From a virus (lineage: Duplodnaviria > Caudoviricetes), in the IMG/VR virus record IMGVR_UViG_3300016265_000617, positions 1 to 31,619 of that record: DNA of 31,619 bases; one strand, written 5' to 3'. The position numbers were made by a program, and so were the translations under genes. The notes beneath the pieces were generated by a model. That model did no database searches. It had not been told where the DNA came from and saw nothing but the letters and a program-made list of their open reading frames with translations. Shown here in pieces: positions 24,023 to 31,619 of the stretch; the first letter of the stretch is position 1; each line of letters opens with the position of its first letter.

Positions 24023-26406
24023 TCGGCGGCGGACCCCAGAAGATCACGGTCGAGATCGGGGGCAAGATCGCCGCCAGCCTTGGCGCGTCGCTGCGCAGCG
24101 CTCAGACGCAGGTGAGCAGCTTCGGGCGGAACGTCACCCGCACGATGAACGATGCGGCGACCGCAGGGCGCAAGGGCTTCAAGGGGATCTTCAGCAACGA
24201 TCTGTGGCAGGGCGCTGCTGCAGGTGCTGCGGCCATTGGCGTGGGCATGGCAGCCTCCGTGCGTGTGGCCGCCAGCTTCGAGGGCGTGCTCACGGAGATC
24301 GGCAAGACGGCCAACGCCAGCCAGAGTGAGCTGAAGCTCCTCAGCGGCGAGATCCTCAAGCTCTCCGGCCGCAACATCACCAACCTGGGCCCGGAGAAGC
24401 TGGCGCAGGGCATCCAGGACCTGGTGGCCCAGGGCCTGGAGCTGAAGGACGCAACCGCCTCGATCGAGACGCTCGGCAGGGTGGCGACCGCGACCGGCTC
24501 GGATCTGCTCGACGTCACCAAGACCGGCTTCCAGCTGCAGAACGCGCTGAAGATCCGGCCCACTGAGCTGAAGGCCACCTTCGATGCGCTGGCCTTTGCC
24601 GGCAAGCAGGGCGCCTTCGAGCTGAAGGACATGGCGCAGTTCATGCCGACGATCGCGGCAGCGGCCGGCAGCCTCGGCATCCAGGGGCGCGAGGGCGCGG
24701 TGAGCCTGGCGGCGATGATGCAGATGGTGCGGAAGGACGCGCCGGATGCAGGCCAGGCAGCGACGCGACTGACCGACGCGATGCTGAAGATGACGGCGCC
24801 GCAGACGGTGAAGAACTTTGCCAAGTTCGGAGTCGACATCGAGAAGGTGCTGAAGGATGCCCAGGCCAAGGGCATCAACCCGATGGAGGCAGCGCTGGGC
24901 GAGCTGCAGCGGGTGACCGGCGGCGACGCCTTTAAGCTCGGCGAGATCTTCGGCGACAAGGAGGCCAAGCTGGCCCTGATGTCGCTGATGAAGTACCGCA
25001 AGGAGTACGGCAAGCTCCGCGACGATGCCGGCGGCCGAGCCGCGGCAGGCACCGTTGACAAGGACTACCAGCGCTCGATCCAGACCTTCAGCGGCACGCT
25101 GGCCAGCTTCCAGAACGCCAGCCAGCGGCTGGGCATTGCTGTGGGCCAGTCGCTGCTCCCGCCGCTTACTCAGCTGGCGGAGCTGATCACGCCTTTGGCG
25201 GAGGGCATTGCCAACTTCGCGCAGAACAATCAGGCGCTCACTACCAGCATCGTGGTGGTTGGCGGCGCGCTGGCCGGCTTGGTGATTGCGCTGCCGATCA
25301 TCGCCAGCGTGATCAGCGCCATCACCACCATCGGCGGAGCATTTGCGGCCGGCGGCATCTTCGCGGGCATCGGCACAGCTGTTGCGGGTCTTGGCACGGT
25401 GTTCACCGTGCTGGGCACCACCATCGGCGCAGCGATGCTCCCGCTCCTGCCCTGGATTGCCCTGATCGCTGGCATCGGTGTGGGCATCTACCTGCTGGTC
25501 AAGAACTGGGACAAGGTGAAGGCGGCTGCCGCCAGCGCATGGGAAGGCATCAAAACCGGCTGGGGGCAGTTCACCTCGTGGATCGGCAGCCTGTTCAATC
25601 AGGGCCTGGCCATCGTCCAGGCGTGGGCGCCCAAGGTGCTGTCGTTCCTGTTCCCGGTTCCAGCGCTGATCATCAACAACTGGCAGGGCATCGTCACGGG
25701 CGTGCGCAGCATCTTCACCAAGGTGGTCAACTTCATCAAGGAGACACCAGGCAAGATCGCTGACGTCGGCAGCAAGGTGATCGAGGCGATCATCAACGGC
25801 CTCAAGAGCAAGGTGGGCGAGCTGTTCGGCTGGATCCGCGGCACATGGGACCAGGTGACCAGCTTCTTCGGCGGCGCAGATCCTGGCGAGCCGCAGGCCC
25901 CTGCCCGGCCTGCAGCGGCGCCTACGACCGGCACCTACCGCGGCGGGCAGCGCAGCGCTTCGCCGCCGGGTCGCGCCATGGGCGGGCCTGTGCGCGCGGG
26001 GATGCCCTACATCGTGGGTGAGCGGCGCCGCGAGCTGTTCGTCCCCGGCATGGATGGGGCGATCATCCCCCGCATTGCGCAGCCCATCACCGCCGGTGCC
26101 ATCGCCGCCATGCTGTCGGCTCAGCCGGTGATCGCTGCGCCAGGAGCCTCCTCGATCAACATCGCGCAGGCTCCTGCTGCTCCCTCGATCACCATGCCGG
26201 CCGCTCCGCGCGTTGAGCTGCCGGACCTTCGCCCGCCCCTCCCCCCTCAGCCGCAGACCGTCGCGCCGGTCACCATCCATGCCCCCGTTACCATCAACGC
26301 AGGGCCTGGGACCGATGCCATGGAGATCCGCCGCCAGGTCGAGCTCGCATTCATGGACATCCAGCGCGAGATCGAGTCGTCGCATCGGGTGCTGCTGAAT
26401 GACTAA
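24019..26406 (+). CDS. Tail tape measure protein
   Basis: Ala/Gly-rich helical protein with AGKQGAFELKDMAQF, hydrophobic segments, Trp-spaced repeats and RAMGGPV..YIVGE..RELFVP. Confidence 0.95.
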   Translation: MIGGGPQKITVEIGGKIAASLGASLRSAQTQVSSFGRNVTRTMNDAATAGRKGFKGIFSNDLWQGAAAGAAAIGVGMAASVRVAASFEGVLTEIGKTANASQSELKLLSGEILKLSGRNITNLGPEKLAQGIQDLVAQGLELKDATASIETLGRVATATGSDLLDVTKTGFQLQNALKIRPTELKATFDALAFAGKQGAFELKDMAQFMPTIAAAAGSLGIQGREGAVSLAAMMQMVRKDAPDAGQAATRLTDAMLKMTAPQTVKNFAKFGVDIEKVLKDAQAKGINPMEAALGELQRVTGGDAFKLGEIFGDKEAKLALMSLMKYRKEYGKLRDDAGGRAAAGTVDKDYQRSIQTFSGTLASFQNASQRLGIAVGQSLLPPLTQLAELITPLAEGIANFAQNNQALTTSIVVVGGALAGLVIALPIIASVISAITTIGGAFAAGGIFAGIGTAVAGLGTVFTVLGTTIGAAMLPLLPWIALIAGIGVGIYLLVKNWDKVKAAAASAWEGIKTGWGQFTSWIGSLFNQGLAIVQAWAPKVLSFLFPVPALIINNWQGIVTGVRSIFTKVVNFIKETPGKIADVGSKVIEAIINGLKSKVGELFGWIRGTWDQVTSFFGGADPGEPQAPARPAAAPTTGTYRGGQRSASPPGRAMGGPVRAGMPYIVGERRRELFVPGMDGAIIPRIAQPITAGAIAAMLSAQPVIAAPGASSINIAQAPAAPSITMPAAPRVELPDLRPPLPPQPQTVAPVTIHAPVTINAGPGTDAMEIRRQVELAFMDIQREIESSHRVLLND

Positions 26407-27349
26407 GCCCCTCTTTCAGCTCGGCGAGTTCCAGTTCGACCTCGCCAACGGGTCGCCGCAGACCCTCGACTGGCAGGCCGACTACCGGTGGGAGGAACAG
26501 GGACGGCTGCTGCGCGACCCCGCTCAGCAGTTCGTCGGCCCCGGCAGCCAGGCCATCACCCTCGACGGGATCCTGTTCCCTGGCTTCAGCGGACGGCAGG
26601 ACACCGTCGAGGATCTCCGCGCACTGGCCCGCGAGGGCAAGCCACTCATGCTCACCGACGGCCTGGGCAAGGTCTACGGCAGGTGGGCGATCAAGTCCCT
26701 CCGCGAGGGCAAGGGCGTCTTCATGGACAACGGCGCCGCGCGGCGCATCGACTTCAGCGTTCAGCTGGTGTTCTACGGGGAGGACAGCCCGGGCGAAGCA
26801 GCCAGCCCGTTCAGCATCCAGCCGACCGGCAACCTGGCCAACCTGGCCAGCCAGGCGACCGCTGGCCTCAACTTCACCGGGGCCGGCTCTGCATTTGGCG
26901 CGATCGACTGGAGCCAGGCGACGCAGTGGCAAGGCCTCACACAGCAGGCAGCCGGCGCGGGCTTCAGCCTTGGCCAGCTGGGGATGATCGCCAGCACCGG
27001 CGCGCAGATCGCCACCCAGGTGGCCAGCGGCAACTACGTCAACGCCGCGCTCGGCACCTTCGGCCTGTTCGGCTTCAACCCCGCCCAGGCCACCGGCTGG
27101 CAGGCGCTGGGCGTCAATGCCGCCAACCTGGCGCAGAGCCACCTGAACGGAGCCGGGCCTGCTGGCATGGCGCTGGCGGTGGAGGCGATGGCCAACGTCG
27201 GCGCTCCTGCCATGGTCGACGCTGGCGTGCTCGCACCCGGCAACGTCACCGCCGTCACCCGGCTGCTCGAGGCCGCGGCCACCGTTACCACCCTGCTGAC
27301 GGTCGATCCGAAGATCACCGACAGCCTTCGCCCACTGGTGCTGCCATGA
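26399..27349 (+). CDS. gpU: Tail protein U (P2 gpU-like) with long C-terminal extension
   Basis: LGEFQF, YRWEEQ.R, QFVGPG, ITLDG, GKVYGRWAI and RIDFSVQL. Confidence 0.9.
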   Translation: MTKPLFQLGEFQFDLANGSPQTLDWQADYRWEEQGRLLRDPAQQFVGPGSQAITLDGILFPGFSGRQDTVEDLRALAREGKPLMLTDGLGKVYGRWAIKSLREGKGVFMDNGAARRIDFSVQLVFYGEDSPGEAASPFSIQPTGNLANLASQATAGLNFTGAGSAFGAIDWSQATQWQGLTQQAAGAGFSLGQLGMIASTGAQIATQVASGNYVNAALGTFGLFGFNPAQATGWQALGVNAANLAQSHLNGAGPAGMALAVEAMANVGAPAMVDAGVLAPGNVTAVTRLLEAAATVTTLLTVDPKITDSLRPLVLP

Positions 27350-27558
27350 GCCAGCTCTACATCACCCAGCAGTTCGATGAGCTGGATGCCATCTGCTGGC
27401 GCTACTACGGCCGCACCCAAGGCACCGTCGAGGCGGTGATGGAGGTGAACCAGAACCTGGCGGAGCTGCTGCCGATCATGCCGGAGGGCGTGACGATCCT
27501 GCTGCCGGATCTGCCGCAACCTGAAACCACCACAACGCTGCGCATCTGGGATCCATGA
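27346..27558 (+). CDS. gpX: Tail protein X (LysM-like)
   Basis: DELDAICWRYYG, VEAVMEVN, PEGVTILLP and LRIWD; ATGA overlap at 27346. Confidence 0.92.
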   Translation: MSQLYITQQFDELDAICWRYYGRTQGTVEAVMEVNQNLAELLPIMPEGVTILLPDLPQPETTTTLRIWDP

Positions 27559-28970
27559 GCACCCCCGCGTTCCGGGTGATCGCCGACGGCGTTGACGTCA
27601 CCAAGGCGATCGCCGATCGGCTCATCAGCCTGCGGATCACCGATCACGCCGGCCAGCAGAGCGACAGCCTGGAGATCGCGCTGGACGATCGGGACAGCCT
27701 GATGCCGGTGCCGAGGAGCGGCGCATGGCTGAAGGTCTGGCTGGGCTACCAGACCGATGGCAAGCTGCCGGTCTTCATGGGCAGCTACGCCGTCGATGAG
27801 GTGGATCTGAGCATGGGGCCTCGCTCCATGACCATCAAGGCCACCGCGGCGCAGACCGCACCGGAACTGGTGAAGGAGCAGCGGACGCAGAGCTGGCACG
27901 ACACCACCCTGGGCAAGATCACGGAGGAGATCGCCAAGCGCAACGGCCTGAAGGCGGTGATCAAGGACGGCGCCGGCGACCCGCCCATCAAGCATGAGGA
28001 CCAGACGAACGAGAGCGACCAGTCGTTCCTCACCCGCCTGGCGGAGAAGTTCAAGGCAACGGTTAAGCCAGCCGACGGGAAGCTGGTGCTGGTGCCACGG
28101 AGCGGCCGCGCGGGTGACTTCACCGTGAAGGTGACGGAGGTGACGGACTGGCGATGCACGCTGAAGAACCGCGGCGCCTACGGCCAGGTGAAGGTGAAGT
28201 GGCTGGATCGGAAGCTCAACAAGGAGAAGATCCAGACCTACGGGGAGAAGGGCCCGCTGCCGATCTTCGAGGAGAAGCAGCTGTTCCGCGATGAGGATGA
28301 GGCGAAGAAGGCGGCCGAGAGCCGGCTGCAGTCGCTGAAGGCTGGCGAGGTGCGCATCAGCCTGAAGATGCCAGGCCGGCCGGAGATCAACGCCGACGGC
28401 GAGATCACGCTGCAGCGGTTCCGCGAGTATGTGGACGGAAAGTGGGTGATTAAGCAGGTCACCCATGAGCTGAGCGGCAGCGGGCTGAGCACCAGCGTGG
28501 AGTGCGGGACGAAGGGCGAGGACGACAGCGACTGGGCGGGCGGCACCGGCCCAAACAACGGCAGGCCCGCAAGCGAGAAGGCGCGGCTGCTGGCCGGCGG
28601 TGCAGAGAAGGCCCGTGGCATGAACACCCGCGGCGGCCCCGATGCGGGCAACAACGCTTGCGTCTATGCGGTCAACAAGGTACTCAGGCAGCAGGGCATC
28701 ACCCCGCCATGGGGCAACAGCAACTACGTGCCCGAGGCGCGGGCGGCGCTGGCGAGAGGTGGCGGCACGCTGCTGTCAGGCCCGGAGCCTGGCGCCATCG
28801 CCATCATGCGGGACAACGGCTCACCGCCCTACCCTCACATCGGCATCGTGCAGAGCGATGGTTCGATCATCAGCAACAGCAGCAGCCGCGGCAGCTTCAG
28901 CTGGGTCGCATCACCCAGCAGTTACGCCAGCTACTACGGGCGAACACCCGAATACTGGCGGCTCAAGTAG
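27555..28970 (+). CDS. gpD: Baseplate hub / late control protein D fused to a C-terminal NlpC/P60-CHAP-like domain
   Basis: RLISLRITD..G.QSD.LEI.LDD, DQTNESDQSFLTRLA and WVIKQVTH, followed by NNACVYAVNKVL...PGAIAI...PHIGIV...SNSSS. Confidence 0.9.
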   Translation: MSTPAFRVIADGVDVTKAIADRLISLRITDHAGQQSDSLEIALDDRDSLMPVPRSGAWLKVWLGYQTDGKLPVFMGSYAVDEVDLSMGPRSMTIKATAAQTAPELVKEQRTQSWHDTTLGKITEEIAKRNGLKAVIKDGAGDPPIKHEDQTNESDQSFLTRLAEKFKATVKPADGKLVLVPRSGRAGDFTVKVTEVTDWRCTLKNRGAYGQVKVKWLDRKLNKEKIQTYGEKGPLPIFEEKQLFRDEDEAKKAAESRLQSLKAGEVRISLKMPGRPEINADGEITLQRFREYVDGKWVIKQVTHELSGSGLSTSVECGTKGEDDSDWAGGTGPNNGRPASEKARLLAGGAEKARGMNTRGGPDAGNNACVYAVNKVLRQQGITPPWGNSNYVPEARAALARGGGTLLSGPEPGAIAIMRDNGSPPYPHIGIVQSDGSIISNSSSRGSFSWVASPSSYASYYGRTPEYWRLK

Positions 28971-28987
28971 CCTGCCCCTTGAAGGAG
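28968..28987 (+). promoter_or_regulatory. Putative -10 box (TAGCCT) plus RBS before the lysis block
   Basis: Same motif; the TAG is also the gpD stop. Confidence 0.45.
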
Positions 28988-28995
28988 TCCGATCC

Positions 28996-29310
28996 ATGCC
29001 TGATCACGAGGTCTCTCATGGAGACATCCTCTACAAGCTCGGCGGCGTCGAGGGGAAGATCGACACCCTGGCCTCGTTGGTGGCGCAGAAGCAGGCTGAT
29101 CTGGCTGAGGCATTCCGCAGGCTGAGCGAGGTGGAGAAGCGGCCGGATCCGACGCCGCTGATCAACAAGATCAGCGAGATCGAGAAGCGCGTGGCACAGG
29201 GCGTGATCCTGCTGGCGGTCGTGGCACTTGTTGCCCCCTTGATCTGGCAGTCGATGGCGCCCCGCCTACACTTCGGCCAACCACAGTCGGTGGAAGCCCG
29301 GGAGCGATGA
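28996..29310 (+). CDS. Coiled-coil plus single-TM membrane protein (holin/antiholin candidate)
   Basis: AAGGAG RBS, hydrophobic GVILLAVVALVAPLIW, first gene of the lysis block. Confidence 0.6.
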   Translation: MPDHEVSHGDILYKLGGVEGKIDTLASLVAQKQADLAEAFRRLSEVEKRPDPTPLINKISEIEKRVAQGVILLAVVALVAPLIWQSMAPRLHFGQPQSVEARER

Positions 29311-30017
29311 GCGACACCATCCCCGATCTGATCCCCTTCTTCGAGAACTGGAAGGGCCTGCCCCACCAGCGCGCGGCGGTGCAGCAGTTCTGGGAGCAGA
29401 CCCCGGCAAGCCTGAAGAAGCGCGACGCCAGCTGGTACGAAACGTGGAAGGCGGACGGCAAGCAGGAGCAACCGCGGCAGCTGAGCAACCCGCTGCAGGT
29501 GCCCTTCTTCAGCCAGCGCGACAGCGCGACGGAGCACGCCCTGCGGATGTGCTTCAGCTCCAGCTGCGCAATGCTGCTCGAGGCGCTCAAGCCCGGCACG
29601 CTGAAGGGCCCCAACGGTGACGACCTCTACCTGGGCCGGGTGCTGCGCTATGGCGACACCACGGAGGCGCCGGCACAGATCAAGGCGCTGCAGTCGTTCG
29701 GCGTTCAGGCCCGCATGGTGCAGAACGCCAGCTGGCGCACCATTGAGGAGCAGATCGACAAGGGCATCCCAGTGCCGCTGGGCATCCTGCACAAGGGCCC
29801 GGTGAGCAACCCCGTCGGCGGCGGCCACTGGATCTGCGCGATCGGTTACACCACCGACGCGATCACGGTGCACGATCCCTTCGGTGATCTCGACCTGGTG
29901 GGCGGCAGCTACGTGAACAACTGGGGCGCGCGGCTGCGCTACAGCCGGCAGAACCTGGGCCCGCGGTGGATGGTCGAAGGGCCAGGCACCGGCTGGGCGA
30001 TCATTGCAACCACCTGA
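29307..30017 (+). CDS. C39-like cysteine peptidase, putative endolysin
   Basis: LQVPFFSQRD, CFSSSCAM, GGGHW and VHDPFG give a Cys-His-Asp set; separate N-terminal PHQRAA domain. Confidence 0.85.
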   Translation: MSDTIPDLIPFFENWKGLPHQRAAVQQFWEQTPASLKKRDASWYETWKADGKQEQPRQLSNPLQVPFFSQRDSATEHALRMCFSSSCAMLLEALKPGTLKGPNGDDLYLGRVLRYGDTTEAPAQIKALQSFGVQARMVQNASWRTIEEQIDKGIPVPLGILHKGPVSNPVGGGHWICAIGYTTDAITVHDPFGDLDLVGGSYVNNWGARLRYSRQNLGPRWMVEGPGTGWAIIATT

Positions 30018-30029
30018 GGAGACACCACC

Positions 30030-30239
30030 ATGGACCTGCATCAAGTCGGCATCGAGACGCTGATCGGCTTCGGCCTGTTCTTCGCCAGCGAGGCGATCGG
30101 CCTGAGCAAGCTGCGGAGCAACACCGTGCTGCAGATGCTGCTGGCGGCAGCGCTGCGCGCGTACCCCTATGAGCCGCGGAGGAAGCCGCAGGGCCCTTTG
30201 GGCGGCCTGCTGGGCCGGGACCGGGAGGGCCGCCGCTGA
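30030..30239 (+). CDS. Small membrane protein (holin candidate)
   Basis: GAGGAG RBS, hydrophobic N-terminus and basic tail, located between two lytic enzymes. Confidence 0.6.
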   Translation: MDLHQVGIETLIGFGLFFASEAIGLSKLRSNTVLQMLLAAALRAYPYEPRRKPQGPLGGLLGRDREGRR

Positions 30240-30685
30240 TGGCTGTCGATCGCGCGGCGATGACCCGGCAGCTGCGGCTGCATGAAGGCGAGCGGCTGAA
30301 GCCCTACCGGTGCACAGCCGGAAAGCTCACGATCGGCGTGGGCCGGAACCTGGAGGACCGGGGTATCACCGCCCAGGAGTCCGCCATGCTGCTGGCCAAC
30401 GACATCGCCAGGGAGGAGGCGGAGCTGATGCGCGCCCTGCCGTGGGTGGGCCAGCTGGATGAGGTGCGCCAGCGGGTGCTGCTCGACATGGCGTTCAATC
30501 TGGGCCTGGCCGGGCTGCTCAACTTCAAGAACACGCTGGCGGCGATCCGCGCTGGGGACTACCAGCGCGGCGCCACGATGATGCTGGACAGCAAGTGGGC
30601 CCGCCAGGTGGGGCAGCGTGCCGAGCGGCTGAGCCGGATGATGGCCACCGGCAAGGATCCCAGGGAGCTCTGGCCGGCGAGCTAG
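30239..30685 (+). CDS. Lysozyme, GH24 / T4-lysozyme-like endolysin
   Basis: LHEG.RLKPYRCTAGKLTIGVGRNL, LLDMAFNLG and MLDSKWARQVG.RA.RL. Confidence 0.94.
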   Translation: MAVDRAAMTRQLRLHEGERLKPYRCTAGKLTIGVGRNLEDRGITAQESAMLLANDIAREEAELMRALPWVGQLDEVRQRVLLDMAFNLGLAGLLNFKNTLAAIRAGDYQRGATMMLDSKWARQVGQRAERLSRMMATGKDPRELWPAS

Positions 30686-30978
30686 GCCGGCCCCAGCCGG
30701 CGGATCCGGTACAGGCCGCCGCCGCTTCGGTAGTCGATCAGGCCCGCCTCCCACAAGCGCCCCAGCCGGCGGCTCACGCTGGGCTGAGTGCAGCACCAGT
30801 GGCGGCGCAGCACCTCGGTCTCGATGTGGCACGGCCGGGGCGGCAGCAGCCGCTCCAGGTCCAGCCAGTCGAGCAGCGTGCCGTCTGGCACGAAGGCCCG
30901 GAGGGCCAGGGCCTGGTCGATGGTGTGAGGGTCGGGGAGCGCTGCTGCTGTTTGGCCAGCCCCAGCGGGACAGGTCAC
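30682..30978 (-). CDS. Winged-helix DNA-binding protein (start uncertain: 30978, 31032 or 31050)
   Basis: LRRHWCCTQPSVSRRLGRLWEAGLIDY; its stop shares the CTAG palindrome with the lysozyme stop. Confidence 0.65.
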   Translation of the reverse strand: MTCPAGAGQTAAALPDPHTIDQALALRAFVPDGTLLDWLDLERLLPPRPCHIETEVLRRHWCCTQPSVSRRLGRLWEAGLIDYRSGGGLYRIRRLGPA

Positions 30979-31028
30979 AGCGCCCCCCGTCTCACGAGGG
31001 GCATCATGGCATGGCGTCAGATCTGATC

Positions 31029-31292
31029 TCATGCCGGGCCGATCCTCCAAAACAGGTAGCCAGGCTCACCTCGATTGCCCGCCTCATAGGCGATCAGCCC
31101 GGCCCTCTCCAATCGCTGCACCTTCTTCACGACGTTCATCCGGCAGCAGCACCAGTGCTCCGCCAACACCTCGGCCCGCACCCGCCGGCATGGCCGCTCA
31201 CCAAGGAGACGGGCCAGGTCAAGGCAGTCGGCGATGGTGTCGCCGGTCAGCCGGTGGCGGTTGTCGAGCAGGTAGTCGACGAGCTGTTCCAT
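31029..31292 (-). CDS. Winged-helix DNA-binding protein, paralogue of the neighbouring gene
   Basis: MEQLVDYLL...DCLDLARLL...LAEHWCCCRMNVVKKVQRLERAGLIAY...RIGPA. Confidence 0.7.
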   Translation of the reverse strand: MEQLVDYLLDNRHRLTGDTIADCLDLARLLGERPCRRVRAEVLAEHWCCCRMNVVKKVQRLERAGLIAYEAGNRGEPGYLFWRIGPA

Positions 31293-31318
31293 TGAGTGCG
31301 GTGGTGAGGGATTGGGCC

Positions 31319-31340
31319 GGCCCGCCTGGGGAGGCGGGCC
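31319..31340. terminator. Perfect 9-bp hairpin (possible terminator or processing site)
   Basis: GGCCCGCCT-GGGG-AGGCGGGCC in an intergenic gap, with no U-tract on either side. Confidence 0.45.
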
Positions 31341-31350
31341 GTGGGTGGCA

Positions 31351-31617
31351 TCAGCAGGCCACCAGCTGGGCGACCAGGTGGCGCTTGGCCGTGTTCTTGC
31401 GGGTGCCGGCCAGGGCCTGCAGCTCGCGGCGGCTGAGCTGCTCCAGCTGCTGGCCCAGCTCGGCCAGCGGGTGAACCATCGGGGTGACCTTGGTGGCGGG
31501 CACGATCGCGCGGGCGTAGATGGCGCCCAGCTTGGCACTCAGCGCGGGCAGTGCGTCCCAGGCCTGGCGTGTGGCGCGACCGGCCAGCAGGGTGAGCACG
31601 ATGGCGACCTGCAGGCC
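31351..31617 (-). CDS. Hypothetical protein, 5' truncated, with a short helix-loop-helix (Rho-N/SAP-like) C-terminus
   Basis: The frame is open to the window edge; LEQLSRRELQALAG...KRHLVAQL. Confidence 0.6.
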   Translation of the reverse strand, partial: GLQVAIVLTLLAGRATRQAWDALPALSAKLGAIYARAIVPATKVTPMVHPLAELGQQLEQLSRRELQALAGTRKNTAKRHLVAQLVAC

Positions 31618-31619
31618 CT

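Larger units (their letters stand above)
1..30685 (+). mobile_element. Phage/prophage late operon: lambda-like head plus P2-like contractile tail (myovirus) and lysis genes
   Basis: Continuous co-directional run of terminase, portal, capsid, baseplate, sheath, tube, tape measure and lysozyme genes. No integrase or att site in the window, so phage versus prophage cannot be decided. Confidence 0.95.

Noticed and set aside
19317-27613. HIP1 octamer GCGATCGC (19317, 20989, 27606) as proof of a cyanobacterial host
   Set aside because: Only a few copies were noticed in 31 kb of high-GC, GATC-rich DNA; enrichment cannot be claimed without a computed expectation.

Overview
A high-GC, tightly packed late region of a tailed dsDNA phage or prophage. 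Almost all genes are on the + strand and joined by ATGA/TGATG overlaps. The head module is lambda-like (Nu1/gpA terminase, gpW, lambda portal, protease-capsid fusion, DUF2190, gpFII-like). The tail is P2-like and contractile (V, PAAR, W, J, I, DUF4815, fibre, sheath, tube, E/E', tape measure, U, X, D). A lysis block follows, then three convergent minus-strand genes. Several small-protein motifs recall picocyanobacterial phages, but the host is inferred, not shown. The most unusual part is the 4 kb cassette coupled directly to the terminase: ParB-domain protein, cupin, IbrA/YbdN-like PAPS-reductase PP-loop protein, free-standing LAGLIDADG endonuclease, IbrB/YbdM-like ParB protein, degenerate PRTase-like protein and an unknown protein. 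It is a candidate packaging-linked DNA-modification system that has been invaded by a homing endonuclease. Other notable features are a chain of neck-fibre genes with matching IDGGTF / IKxxxG ends, a probable internal capsid start, repeated TANNNT-AGGAG motifs at module boundaries, a gpD-amidase fusion and a repeat insertion in the sheath. All family assignments come from motif recognition by eye; no database searches were run.
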